Assembly: GCA_027064425.1 (NCBI GenBank)
Contig: JAMOPO010000052.1
Location: 32,001-96,000, forward strand
From: Methanobacteriota archaeon
GTDB taxonomy: Archaea; JAADCQ01; Methanopyri; Methanopyrales; Methanopyraceae
Direction: 5' to 3'
Length of the DNA: 64,000 nucleotides
Shown here piece after piece: positions 38,991 through 48,389 of the stretch. The notes beneath the pieces are model-generated. The model made no database searches. It saw only the letters and a list, made by a program, of their open reading frames with translations, and was not told where the DNA came from. Within the stretch, counting starts at the first letter, position 1. Every line of letters begins with the position of its first letter. The translations under genes were made by a program, and so were the position numbers.

Positions 38991-40010
38991 TCAGACGCGC
39001 GTCCCCGGGATCTCCCGACCGTACTCGCGCAGCAGCTCGCGCATCAGCGAGCGCACGTCCTCCAGGAGCCTCCTGGCCGCCTCCTCATCCCTCTCGACGG
39101 CTAGGCGGGGTAGGACGTCGTACCCTAAATCGTCGACTCGGTCGTCGATCTCGGAGTACTCGGACAGGACCGCGTGCAACTGCGCGAGCCGTTCCGTCCG
39201 CTCAACCCGGTTCAGCGTCCCGTGGACGTACGATCTCAGCGCGCTCTCAAGGTACATGAGCAGCCGGTACGTGAGGTCGCGGACGACGTCGCCCTCGTCC
39301 CGCGGTCCCTCCGGCACCCCGCCCCGGAACACCCGGCTCAGCTCCAGCCCCAGCCTCTCCTCCACCTCCCCCGCGTCCCACCTCGGGGTCTCCGTCTCGA
39401 CCAGGTACTCCAGGCACTCCCGTGGAGACGCCACCCGCTCCACCATGAGCGAGCAGGCCCGGCCCGTGAGCGGGTTGTATCCCACCCGCTCGATGAACCG
39501 GTGCACTCCGTAGGGCCGGATGGGGCACGTGTAGTCCTCGTCGAACCATCCGCATTCCGAGACGATCCGCCGCACGTCCTCCCACGTCCACCGGCGCAGC
39601 GCCGGGTACCGGACCATCGTCACGCCGGGGGGGTATGGGTGGGTCACCCGCCGCCCGTACTTGCCTCGCAGCTCGTGGCCCGTGAGGACCGTGAGCAGCC
39701 CCAGCTGCTTGGCGCGTAGGCAGGCGGCGGTCAGGACCGTCCTCGCGCACTTGGTGCAGATGGGTAGACCGCGCCGGAGGGCTCGGCGGAACCACTCTCG
39801 AAGCCGAACGCGGACGACCTCGTGGCGGAGGCCCAGCCGCTCCGCGCACCTCCTGGCGTTCTCCAGGCACACCTCGTCCAGGAACTCGTGAACGACCGTG
39901 ACCGCCGCCTCCAGACGCCATCGTTCGGAGGCGTGGAGGGCGGTCGCCACGCTGTCCCGGCCGCCGGAGAGCGCCACGCAGGCGGGGTTGCTGGGGCTAG
40001 TCGTGCGCAT
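38991..40010 (-). CDS. PP-loop (adenine nucleotide alpha-hydrolase) protein
   Basis: ALSGGRDS, ICTKC, LTGHE, YTCP. Confidence 0.82.
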   Translation of the reverse strand: MRTTSPSNPACVALSGGRDSVATALHASERWRLEAAVTVVHEFLDEVCLENARRCAERLGLRHEVVRVRLREWFRRALRRGLPICTKCARTVLTAACLRAKQLGLLTVLTGHELRGKYGRRVTHPYPPGVTMVRYPALRRWTWEDVRRIVSECGWFDEDYTCPIRPYGVHRFIERVGYNPLTGRACSLMVERVASPRECLEYLVETETPRWDAGEVEERLGLELSRVFRGGVPEGPRDEGDVVRDLTYRLLMYLESALRSYVHGTLNRVERTERLAQLHAVLSEYSEIDDRVDDLGYDVLPRLAVERDEEAARRLLEDVRSLMRELLREYGREIPGTRV

Positions 40011-41715
40011 ACACGGCCCTCACACCGCTCGGCCCACACTCCTCGATCCGGGCGAAGTACAGCCGCTCGAACTGCACCGTGCGCCCCGGCTCCTCCCGCT
40101 CCACGTTGGCCTCGACGTAGCCCCTATCCACCGACCCGTCCGGCCGCAGCACCTCGCACGGGATCGCCTGATCCACCGGCACCCAGTGCACGATCCGCGC
40201 CCCCTCCCGTCGCGCGGTCCGGTAGTCCTCACTGTGGTACCGCCCCTGAACGACGCCGTCCCCCACCTCGACGATCTCCACGTTCACCGCGTTCATCAGC
40301 CGGATCAGGTCGCCCTCCTCCAGCTCCTCACCGTCCTCCCGGTCCAGCCAAACGCGACACTCACCGTCCTCCGGATGCAGCACGAGCGCGCGCTCGCCCC
40401 GATCCTTGTCCGGGTGCAACGGGACCGTGGCCGCGTGGGGCTCCTCTAGCCCCTCGATCCGGAGCTCCACCGGGTCCCGGACGAAGAAGTACCGGTTGGA
40501 CTTCGGGTCGATCAGGCGCCGGTTGCGCGAGTACAGCTGCTTCCAGCTGAAGGTCGCGTCCACGTCCGTCAGCCCGATCTCGAGGATCGTCTCACGGAGC
40601 GCCTCGGGCTCGATGCCCCGGCGCCGCAGCGCGCGCAACGTCGCCGTCCGCACGTCGTCCCAGCCCGTGAACTCACCCGACTTAATGCCCTCCTTGATCT
40701 TGGACGTGCTCAGGACGGAACCCTCAACCTTCAGGATCCCGTAGTGCACGTACTCCGGTGTCTCCCACCCCAGGTGCTCGAAGATGAACTCCTGCCGCCG
40801 CGTGTTCGACTCGTGGTCCTTGCCTCGCAGTACGTGAGTAACCTCCATGAAGTGGTCGTCCACGGCGACGGCGAAGTTCATCGTCGGCCAGACGAGGTAC
40901 CGGTCTCCCACCATCGGGTGCTCCTCCTCCACCACGCGGAACGCGACCCACTCGCGCACGGCCGGGTCGGGGTGGTCGACCTTCGTCTTGACCCGCACGA
41001 CCGCCTCGCCCTCCGAGAACGCCCCGTCCAGCATCTCCTCCCACAGCTCGAGGTTCTCCTCGGGCTCCCGAGACCGGCACGGACAGGCCTGTCCCCGGTC
41101 CCGGAGCCGGCGGAACTCGTCGGCGTCGCACGTGCAGACGTAGGCCCCGCCCCGCTCCAGCAGCTCCTCGGCCACCCGGTAGTAGAGCTCCATCCGGTTC
41201 GACTGCACGTACCGCTCGTCCACGCGCACGCCCAGCCACTCCAGGTCCTCCTCGATCATGTCGTACGCCTCCGGGTCCACCCGCCGCGGGTCCGTGTCCT
41301 CGAACCGCAGGATCAGCGTGCCGCCGTACCGCCGGGCGTACTCGTCGTTGAGCACCGCCGCCCGAGCGTGACCCAGGTGCAGCGGCCCGGACGGGTTGGG
41401 GGCGAACCGGAGCCGAACCTCGCCCTCCTTCGCCCCCGGGAGCGGCTTCAGCCCACCCTTCTCCCCCGCCTCCTCTTCCTCCTCCGCGCCGAGCTCCTCC
41501 AGCTCGCGCTTGATCTCCTCCAGGGACATCTTGTTGACTTCCTCGACCACCTCCCGGACGAGCTTGAGCACCTCCTTCGCCCGGTCCCGGTACTCCTCGT
41601 GCTCTCGCATGACCTTCTTCATGACCGCGTTGGGGTTGGCCTTGCCGTCGTACTTGGCCGCGTTCTCCAGCGCGTACCGCCGGATCACGTCCCGAAGCTC
41701 CTCCAGCTCGCTCAC
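39997..41715 (-). CDS. gltX: Glutamyl-tRNA synthetase
   Basis: RFAPNPSGPLHLGH, LRFEDTDP, THVLRGKDH, LSTSKI, QFERLYF; GTG 41715. Confidence 0.97.
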   Translation of the reverse strand: MSELEELRDVIRRYALENAAKYDGKANPNAVMKKVMREHEEYRDRAKEVLKLVREVVEEVNKMSLEEIKRELEELGAEEEEEAGEKGGLKPLPGAKEGEVRLRFAPNPSGPLHLGHARAAVLNDEYARRYGGTLILRFEDTDPRRVDPEAYDMIEEDLEWLGVRVDERYVQSNRMELYYRVAEELLERGGAYVCTCDADEFRRLRDRGQACPCRSREPEENLELWEEMLDGAFSEGEAVVRVKTKVDHPDPAVREWVAFRVVEEEHPMVGDRYLVWPTMNFAVAVDDHFMEVTHVLRGKDHESNTRRQEFIFEHLGWETPEYVHYGILKVEGSVLSTSKIKEGIKSGEFTGWDDVRTATLRALRRRGIEPEALRETILEIGLTDVDATFSWKQLYSRNRRLIDPKSNRYFFVRDPVELRIEGLEEPHAATVPLHPDKDRGERALVLHPEDGECRVWLDREDGEELEEGDLIRLMNAVNVEIVEVGDGVVQGRYHSEDYRTARREGARIVHWVPVDQAIPCEVLRPDGSVDRGYVEANVEREEPGRTVQFERLYFARIEECGPSGVRAVYAHD

Positions 41716-41764
41716 GGGCGCTCCCCCCGCCCGCCCCCTTTTCGGTTGACAATAAGCCGTGAGC

Positions 41765-41880
41765 GTGAGGGGACGGGGGTGTCCCCCGCCCTCCGGTCCC
41801 GAGATCATCGAGCGGCGACGGCCGCCTCACCCGGGAGACCCAGACGGGGGTCATCCTTTGAGGATCTGACCCCCGTGCGC
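41765..41880 (-). ncRNA. Candidate structured ncRNA or gltX leader (three hairpins, K-turn-like)
   Basis: Inverted repeats at 41844-41876, 41797-41836 and 41771-41791 downstream of minus-strand TAATTAAA (41896-41903). Confidence 0.45.
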
Positions 41881-41930
41881 CCGCCCCCGATTCGGTTTAA
41901 TTAGTTCCCCGGCGCCCGCCCCACGCGCGG

Positions 41931-41946
41931 GGAAAGCTTTTTATAG
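41931..41946 (+). promoter_or_regulatory. BRE/TATA promoter of tRNA-Lys
   Basis: GGAAAGCTTTTTATAG ~30 nt before the tRNA. Confidence 0.8.
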
Positions 41947-41975
41947 GACGGGCCCGCTGGCCGGGCCTGGACGCC

Positions 41976-42053
41976 GGGCCGGCAGCTCAGTCTGGTCAGA
42001 GCGCGGGACTTTTAATCCCGTGGTCCCGGGTTCAAATCCCGGCCGGCCCACCA
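41976..42053 (+). tRNA. tRNA-Lys(UUU), genomic C8, encoded CCA
   Basis: Acceptor GGGCCGG/CCGGCCC, anticodon arm CGGGA-CTTTTAA-TCCCG, T arm CCGGG-TTCAAAT-CCCGG, ACCA end. Confidence 0.97.
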
Positions 42054-42119
42054 GCCCGGATCGTTACGAGTCCCAAAACGTTTCGTGTGTAATAACGACC
42101 GCCCGGGGCGTGGGGGCGT

Positions 42120-43904
42120 CTACATCCGCTCGAGCGCCGGGATGCCGAGCAGGTTCATGACGTTCTCCATGACGATGGTGAACGCCTCGACCAGCTTCAG
42201 CCGCGCCTTTCGGACCTCCTCGTCCTCCGCGTGCAGCACCGGCACCTCCTCGTAGAACGTGTGGAACGCCCGGGCGAGCTCGTAGGCGTACTCCGCCAGG
42301 ATGTCCGGGCGCCGCTTCCGCACGCACTGAGCCACCTGCCGCGGGAACATGGACATCTTGAACACCAGCTCGAACGAGTGATCGTCGTCCAGGTAGGCCG
42401 CGTCAAACCGCTGCACCTCCTCGTCAGCCTGCCGCAGGATCGACTTAGCGCGCGTGTAGGCGTACTGGATGAACGGGCCGCCCCGGCGGAAGTCCAGGGC
42501 CTCGTCCCAGTCGAACTCTATGGGCTTGTTCGGGCTGACGCGGGCGATGGCGAACCGGACGGCCCCGATGGCCACGTTCTCCGCGATCTCCTCCCGCTCC
42601 TCCTCGTCCAGGTCCTCGGCGACGCCCGCCTCCTTCATCTTCTCCAGCGCGCGCTTCTTGGCCTCGTCCAGGAACTCGTCCAGGGTCACGTACCGGCCCT
42701 TCCGGGTCGACATCGAGCCCTCGGGCAGGTGGATGAACTCGTAGAAGATCACGTCCACGCGGTCCGGGTCCGCGTCCAGGATGTCGAGCACCGCCTTCAG
42801 CTGCTGCACGGCGAGCTTGTGGTCGGCCCCGAGCACGTCGATGACGAACGCGGCCCGCTTGAGCTTCCACAGGTGGTACGCGATGTCTCGCGTCGTGTAG
42901 AGGGTCGTACCGTCGCTCCGGGTGAGCACGAGCTCCTTGTCGATCCCGTAGTCCTCCAGGTCGAGGATCACGGCCCCGTCGTCGCGCTTCTCCGCCGCGC
43001 CCATGTCCACGAGCTTCTCGACGATCTCGACCGCATCCTCCACGAACTCGCTCTCGTACACGAACCGATCGTGGGCCACGCGGAGCCGCTCCAGGGTCTC
43101 GATGTGACCCTTTAGGCACTCCTCGACCACGACCTGGAACGCCTCCGCGATGCGCTCGGCCCGGGACTCCTCGTCCAGCAGGTACCGCTCGTAGGAGCGC
43201 AGGAAGCGCTCCACGACCTCCTCCAGCTCGGGGTCCTCCTCGATCTCCTTCGCGGCCTCCGCGTACAGCTCGCCGAAGAACTCGTCCGGCTTCTTGTCCT
43301 CTGGAACCTCCGGCCGCCCCTCCTTGATGTACTTCCAGGCGAGCATCGCGATCTGCTTGCCCATGTCGTTCACGTAGTACTGCACCTCAACGTCGTAGTT
43401 CGTGAACACCATGCACCGGGCCAGGATGTCGCCGATGATCGCGTTCCTGCCGTGGCCGATGTGGAGCGGGCCGTTCGGGTTCGCGCTGGTGTGCTCCAGG
43501 ATCGCGGGCCGACCCATGCCCAGGTCCAGCGAGCCGTACTCCTCCTCGTAATAGAAGATCGATCGCAGGACGAGGGCGGCGTACTGGGGCCGGTTCAGCC
43601 TGATGTTGATGTAACCCGGCCCGTCCACCCGGGCCTCGTCGACGAGGACGACCTCGTCCAGGTCCGACTCCTCGAGGATCGTCTCCGCGATCTTCCTGGG
43701 CTCCTCGCCCACCTCCTTCGCCAGCGAGAGGGCGACGGGCGTGGCCACGTCCACGTCCTCGACCGGTGGCTCCGGATCCACCGGCACCTCCACGGGCTCG
43801 TCGACGTCGTACGCCGAGGAGATGGCGTCGCGGATCGAGGTCCGGATCGTGCGGACGAGAACCGAGTACGGGTCGTGGGGTGGAGCCTCCTCTTCCTCCG
43901 CCAA
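42120..43904 (-). CDS. argS: Arginyl-tRNA synthetase
   Basis: EHTSANPNGPLHIGHGRN, RSDGTTLYTTRDIAYH, MSTRKG, IQYAYTR. Confidence 0.97.
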   Translation of the reverse strand: MAEEEEAPPHDPYSVLVRTIRTSIRDAISSAYDVDEPVEVPVDPEPPVEDVDVATPVALSLAKEVGEEPRKIAETILEESDLDEVVLVDEARVDGPGYINIRLNRPQYAALVLRSIFYYEEEYGSLDLGMGRPAILEHTSANPNGPLHIGHGRNAIIGDILARCMVFTNYDVEVQYYVNDMGKQIAMLAWKYIKEGRPEVPEDKKPDEFFGELYAEAAKEIEEDPELEEVVERFLRSYERYLLDEESRAERIAEAFQVVVEECLKGHIETLERLRVAHDRFVYESEFVEDAVEIVEKLVDMGAAEKRDDGAVILDLEDYGIDKELVLTRSDGTTLYTTRDIAYHLWKLKRAAFVIDVLGADHKLAVQQLKAVLDILDADPDRVDVIFYEFIHLPEGSMSTRKGRYVTLDEFLDEAKKRALEKMKEAGVAEDLDEEEREEIAENVAIGAVRFAIARVSPNKPIEFDWDEALDFRRGGPFIQYAYTRAKSILRQADEEVQRFDAAYLDDDHSFELVFKMSMFPRQVAQCVRKRRPDILAEYAYELARAFHTFYEEVPVLHAEDEEVRKARLKLVEAFTIVMENVMNLLGIPALERM

Positions 43905-43918
43905 GCGGACCTACCCCT

Positions 43919-45154
43919 CTAACCCGGTCTGAACCTTAGCAACGCTCCGAGCCCGTTAAACGCCTGGTGGAACTGCGCGCCCTCCTCCGTCTCGGTTGAA
44001 ATTATCTCCACCCGAGCACCCATCTGCTCCGCCAGCTCGATGTAGTAATCCACGATCTCCTTAACGTCCTCCACCTCCAGCTCCGCCTCCCCGCACTCCG
44101 GGCACTCGCCGACGCGCTCCTCCACCTCCTCCTTCTCCCGGACCGTGATCACCTCCTCGTGCCCGCACTCCGGGCACCGGAGCACGGCCTTGTAACCCTC
44201 CAGCTCCTCCGAGATCAGCAGCGTCTCAACGGCGCCCATCCGGAGCATCCGCTCGACCTCGTCCTCACCGTACGCCGCCAGCTCCCCGTTGACCGCCTCC
44301 TCCATGAACTTCCGCACCAGCCGCTTCTCCCGGACCAGCTCCGCCTCCTTGAGCGCGTCCTCCGCCTTGTCCAGCGCCTCCCGAATGCCCGACTCGTCGG
44401 TGTTCCCGATGTCGACCACGGCGATGACCTTCTCCTTCAGGTCCTTGGGTAGGTAGTCCCCGTCCAGGAACTCCTCCTTCGTCGGGCCGGGCCCGCCCAC
44501 GATGATGCCCTTCAGGTTGTCCACCTCCTCGAAGACCTCCCGCGCGGCCTCCCCCACCTCCTGGTAGAACTCGTGCGCCGCGTGCTCGATCAGCCGGTCG
44601 AAGCGGCGCTGCGACTGACCTCCGGCCTTGTGCTTGCCCGGCACGTCGGACTTGAGCTGCTTCTTCACCTCGATCCGCTTGCCCTTAACCAGCCCGATGG
44701 TCGCCTCGCGGCGGTCCATGACCAGGACGCCGTAAACGTCCTTCTCCTCGAGACACTCCTTCAGCGGCTCCAGGTAGAACTTCGAGTCGCAGCGGTAGAT
44801 GAACCGGTCCACGGGCTCCGGCGGCTCGATGAGCTCGGCCACCATCTTCTCCTTCGTCCCGTCCTTGACCATACCAACCAGCACGACCAGCCCGTTCTCC
44901 GGCGTCTCACCCACGGTTTTAAGCCTCTGAATGACCACTTCGATGGCGGACTGAACGTTCTTTCGAGTCCTCTTGCTCTTGATATTGCTGGCCTGTGAGT
45001 ACTCCTCCCTCATCATCGCGATCACATCACTAAGTCGCTTCTCCGGCGGGATGTATATCGTGATTAGCTCCGTGCCCTCACCCTCGAGGCTCTCCAACCT
45101 TTCTAGCATTTTTTTGAACTTGTACCGCTCGACGGTCTCGGACGCCGTCCCCAA
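43919..45154 (-). CDS. prf1: Peptide chain release factor aRF1
   Basis: ASNIKS, YRCDSKF, KHKAGGQSQRRF; TTG 45154. Confidence 0.97.
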   Translation of the reverse strand: MGTASETVERYKFKKMLERLESLEGEGTELITIYIPPEKRLSDVIAMMREEYSQASNIKSKRTRKNVQSAIEVVIQRLKTVGETPENGLVVLVGMVKDGTKEKMVAELIEPPEPVDRFIYRCDSKFYLEPLKECLEEKDVYGVLVMDRREATIGLVKGKRIEVKKQLKSDVPGKHKAGGQSQRRFDRLIEHAAHEFYQEVGEAAREVFEEVDNLKGIIVGGPGPTKEEFLDGDYLPKDLKEKVIAVVDIGNTDESGIREALDKAEDALKEAELVREKRLVRKFMEEAVNGELAAYGEDEVERMLRMGAVETLLISEELEGYKAVLRCPECGHEEVITVREKEEVEERVGECPECGEAELEVEDVKEIVDYYIELAEQMGARVEIISTETEEGAQFHQAFNGLGALLRFRPG

Positions 45155-45181
45155 CGCGGTTCCCCCGGGGGGTGGTCGAGG

Positions 45182-45853
45182 TTGTACGCGGTCGTGGCCC
45201 TCGGTGGGTCCGTGCTCAACGTGGAAAACCCGGACCGGGTCCGGAAGGCCGCTGATCTGATCTCTGAGGCGCTGGAATCCGGGCTGAAAATCTGCGCCGT
45301 CGTCGGTGGAGGGCCCGTCGCCCGTGAGTACATAAACGTAGCGCGAGAGCTCGGAGCGCCCGAGACGGCCCTCGACGAGCTGGGCATCGCCGTCACCCGG
45401 CTGAACGCCGCCCTGCTCAACCTGGCCCTCGGCCGGCCCGAGGCCGACGTCCCGGAAACCCCCGCGGAGGCCGCGGAAACGGTGCGCCGGGAGGGCGTGG
45501 CCGTCTGCGGCGGCACGCACCCGGGCCACACCACCGACGCCGTCGGGGCCATGATCGCCGAGCTCCTCGAGGCGCCGCTGATCATCGTCACCAACGTCGA
45601 TGGCGTCTACGACCGCGATCCGAGCGAGCCCGGGGCCCAAAAGCTCCGGGAGCTGGACGCTGACGAGCTCGAGCGGCTGGCCTTCGAGGCCGACCTGGAG
45701 GCGGGCGGCAGCTTCGTGGTCGACCCAGTCGCCGCCAAGATCATCCGGCGCGGCCGCGTGACCACCCACGTCCTGTCCTGGGATGACTTCAAAAGCGTCG
45801 GGATAGAGGGCGCCCTCAAAGGCAGGCACGGGGGCACGATCATCCGGGGGTAG
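45182..45853 (+). CDS. pyrH: UMP kinase
   Basis: LGGSV, VVGGGPVAREYI, DELGIAVTRLNA, GGTHPGHTTD, NVDGVYDRDP. Confidence 0.95.
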   Translation: MYAVVALGGSVLNVENPDRVRKAADLISEALESGLKICAVVGGGPVAREYINVARELGAPETALDELGIAVTRLNAALLNLALGRPEADVPETPAEAAETVRREGVAVCGGTHPGHTTDAVGAMIAELLEAPLIIVTNVDGVYDRDPSEPGAQKLRELDADELERLAFEADLEAGGSFVVDPVAAKIIRRGRVTTHVLSWDDFKSVGIEGALKGRHGGTIIRG

Positions 45854-45858
45854 GCGCG

Positions 45859-46056
45859 GTGACGGAGCGCGACCGCGTCCCACCACACTCTCACTGCGTC
45901 GTGTGCGGCGCCGCGATCCCGGAGGGGGAGCGCTTCTGCAGCGAGAAGTGCCGACGGGAGTACGAACGCCGACGGCGCAGGGTCGTCCTTACCCAGTGGG
46001 CCCTTGCGGGCGGTCTGATCGCCCTGGGCGTCGTGCTCATGCTCCGCGGCGTTTAG
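45859..46056 (+). CDS. DUF2116-like Zn-ribbon membrane protein
   Basis: PPHSHCVVCGAAIP..FCSEKC and C-terminal TM. Confidence 0.85.
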   Translation: MTERDRVPPHSHCVVCGAAIPEGERFCSEKCRREYERRRRRVVLTQWALAGGLIALGVVLMLRGV

Positions 46057-46064
46057 ACGCGCTC

Positions 46065-46793
46065 CTAGACGTGTTCCAGCGATGCCAACCCCTCGCCCCG
46101 CTCACCTCGAACGCCGCGTCCCGGCGTCCTCACCCGCAGCCCGGGGCAGAAGACCTCCGAACCGCCCGCCACGCGCCCCTCGTACTCGACCCACGTCAGG
46201 AACTCGTAGCCGGTCCCGGGCGTCTCGTACTCGAACGATTTCGGTATTTTCCGGTCGGTCCGGATCACCTCCAGGCACTCCGCCCCCCGGACCTCGGTGG
46301 GCGCGTACCGCGGCACGCGAGGAGGATCGCTCAGCGGCCTCCGGCCGATCCAGACCCTCGGAGGCAGCACCCGGGGCCTGTACTGCTCCAGGACGGCGTT
46401 AATGACGTCGACGAAGTCCTCTTCCAGCAACAGCGTGTCGATCATCTCGCAGACGACGACGTCAGCGTCGATCTCAACGCTCCGAGCGTCGGCTTTCACG
46501 ACCTCCCAGCTGACCTCCTTGGGCGCGTGCTTCCTGAGGTTCTTCTCCAGCAGCCGCGCCCGCTTAGGGTGCCTCTCCACCGCGACGACGCGCCGGGCGC
46601 CCGCGTTCGCGGCGACGACTGAGAGGGGACCCGTGCCGGCACCCAGGTCCGCGAAGTCGGCGCCGTCGGCCCAGTCGTACACCATCCGGGCGAAAACGCT
46701 CGTCCGGTCCTCGTCCCGGAGCAGGTCGTCCTGGTAGGCGTCCACGAGCAGGCGGAAGGTCCCGGCCGGCGTCTTGAGCGTTCGCACCTGCAT
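46065..46793 (-). CDS. Class I SAM-dependent methyltransferase
   Basis: YQDDLLRDEDR, DLGAGTGPLS, DVVVCEMIDTLL. Confidence 0.88.
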   Translation of the reverse strand: MQVRTLKTPAGTFRLLVDAYQDDLLRDEDRTSVFARMVYDWADGADFADLGAGTGPLSVVAANAGARRVVAVERHPKRARLLEKNLRKHAPKEVSWEVVKADARSVEIDADVVVCEMIDTLLLEEDFVDVINAVLEQYRPRVLPPRVWIGRRPLSDPPRVPRYAPTEVRGAECLEVIRTDRKIPKSFEYETPGTGYEFLTWVEYEGRVAGGSEVFCPGLRVRTPGRGVRGERGEGLASLEHV

Positions 46794-46796
46794 GCC

Positions 46797-47339
46797 TCAG
46801 CTCTCCGCTGCCTCCCGCTTCTTCTCTCGGCCCTGCTCCTCGGCCTCCCGATCCTCCTCCCTCCCCGTTTTCAGCTTGATCACGTAGTCCGCGGCGTTCT
46901 GGAGCGCCGTGCTGAACCCGGGCTCGGCACCGATCACGATGGTGACCTTGCCCATCTCCTTCGCCTTCGCGATGATCGGGAGGAAGTCCGTGTCGCGCGT
47001 CATCAGGGCCAAGGCGTTCACGCTGTCACTGTACACGATTTCCATCGCCTCGACGGCCAGGTACACGTCCACGTCACCCGGGATGACCCGGGGAACGAAG
47101 CCCTGGTTAGCCACCGCCTCGATGAGCTTGTCGGAGGCGTACTGGTTGAGGAAGGCCAGCCCGATGCGAATCGTCCCGAGCTCCTCGACCAGCTCTCGCA
47201 CCTCCTTCAGGCTGATGTCGAACTCACGCCGGAGCATGTTTGGACCGTCGATCAGCATCGCGATGTCCAGATCGCCCTTCTTGGTCTTCCGCTTGATGAC
47301 GCCGCTCATGTAATCCTTCACGGTATCCAGCAAGCTCAC
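46797..47339 (-). CDS. NYN-domain protein (TIGR00288-like)
   Basis: LIDGPNMLR, GDVDV, TRDTDFLP, GFSTALQNAAD. Confidence 0.9.
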   Translation of the reverse strand: MSLLDTVKDYMSGVIKRKTKKGDLDIAMLIDGPNMLRREFDISLKEVRELVEELGTIRIGLAFLNQYASDKLIEAVANQGFVPRVIPGDVDVYLAVEAMEIVYSDSVNALALMTRDTDFLPIIAKAKEMGKVTIVIGAEPGFSTALQNAADYVIKLKTGREEDREAEEQGREKKREAAES

Positions 47340-48109
47340 CCACCCTGATCGGCTGTGAATACGCGTAGTCGAGTCTCACCCGGACAGAAGTGGAATGGGA
47401 AGGATTCAACGATTGCAACGTCCACGACTCCGGCACGGGCGAGCAACGGTGTCAAGTTTGGGCAAGTTTGGGAGTATAGCATTATGGGACCGCGGTGACG
47501 GGCCACGATGCGCTTGAACGAGCCGTTCGCCAGCACCATTCCCGTGGCGACGATTGGGAACTCGCCCAGCTCCGCGCGCCGCGGGACGCTCACCCGGGGG
47601 TCCGCGTCCACCACCCCTCTCAGCAGCCCCCTCCGCTTGAGCTCCCGGTGGATCGCGCTCGAGTACCCAATCAGCAGCGCGCTCTCTCCGAAGCGGTCCT
47701 CCACCGTGTCCGCTATGACCCTGGCTCGCAGCTTTTCAGCCTTCCTATAACTTCGAGGGAGCCTCTCGGAGAACAGCGGCGAGACCTCACCGGACCGGGC
47801 GCTGGCCATAGCGTCCAGGGCTAGGGCGCTCAGGTGCGAGGGAGCCGAGGAGCGCCACACCGACTTAAGCCGCCGACCCAGCAGGCTCGGCCCGGACCCG
47901 AGCCCGCTGGGGTGCAGCACGGCGCCCTCGAGACCTCTTTCCGTTTTGATCATTATAACGATGTCGTCGTGCACGCGCTCCCCGTCCGGGGGCCTGCGAG
48001 CGCCGCTCAAGGTGAGCACCGAGGCGATGCGGTCGTCCGTTCTCCTATCCCTCACCAGCCTCCTTACCACCCTGGAATAGGTCCGCCAGCGCCCGGTCAT
48101 CGCACTCAC
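47336..48109 (-). CDS. Hypothetical protein, DUF364-like Rossmann domain
   Basis: LLIGY, IVATGMVLANGS, LYSQT; operonic position. Confidence 0.6.
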   Translation of the reverse strand: MSAMTGRWRTYSRVVRRLVRDRRTDDRIASVLTLSGARRPPDGERVHDDIVIMIKTERGLEGAVLHPSGLGSGPSLLGRRLKSVWRSSAPSHLSALALDAMASARSGEVSPLFSERLPRSYRKAEKLRARVIADTVEDRFGESALLIGYSSAIHRELKRRGLLRGVVDADPRVSVPRRAELGEFPIVATGMVLANGSFKRIVARHRGPIMLYSQTCPNLTPLLARAGVVDVAIVESFPFHFCPGETRLRVFTADQGG

Positions 48110-48389
48110 CCGACGCGTCCCGCCTGCCGACCTGCACCTCCGGCTCGCCGTAGCGCTCCAGCACGGACCTCACGACCTCGCTCGGGTCTCCCTCCCCCTT
48201 CACGTCCACCAAAATAACGTACTCTCGCGCGGCGCGGTCTCCGGCCAGGACCAGCGCTCCCTCGTTCACCGCCACGCGCTCGACCTCGAACCCCTCCGCC
48301 CGGAGCGCCCTCCCCAGCCGCTCCTCCAGCTCGCGCGGTTTAAGAGATTTGGTGGAGAGGAGGTGGGCGTCGATCATCAGCCGGCTCAT
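48045..48389 (-). CDS. Hypothetical small alpha/beta protein
   Basis: ATG 48389 overlaps the upstream stop; MSRLMIDAHLLSTK; typical codon usage. Confidence 0.6.
   Translation of the reverse strand: MSRLMIDAHLLSTKSLKPRELEERLGRALRAEGFEVERVAVNEGALVLAGDRAAREYVILVDVKGEGDPSEVVRSVLERYGEPEVQVGRRDASGECDDRALADLFQGGKEAGEG

Noticed and set aside
43919-45886. 655-aa aRF1 with a long N-terminal extension
   Set aside because: The extension is the antisense of pyrH; homology and SD support TTG 45154
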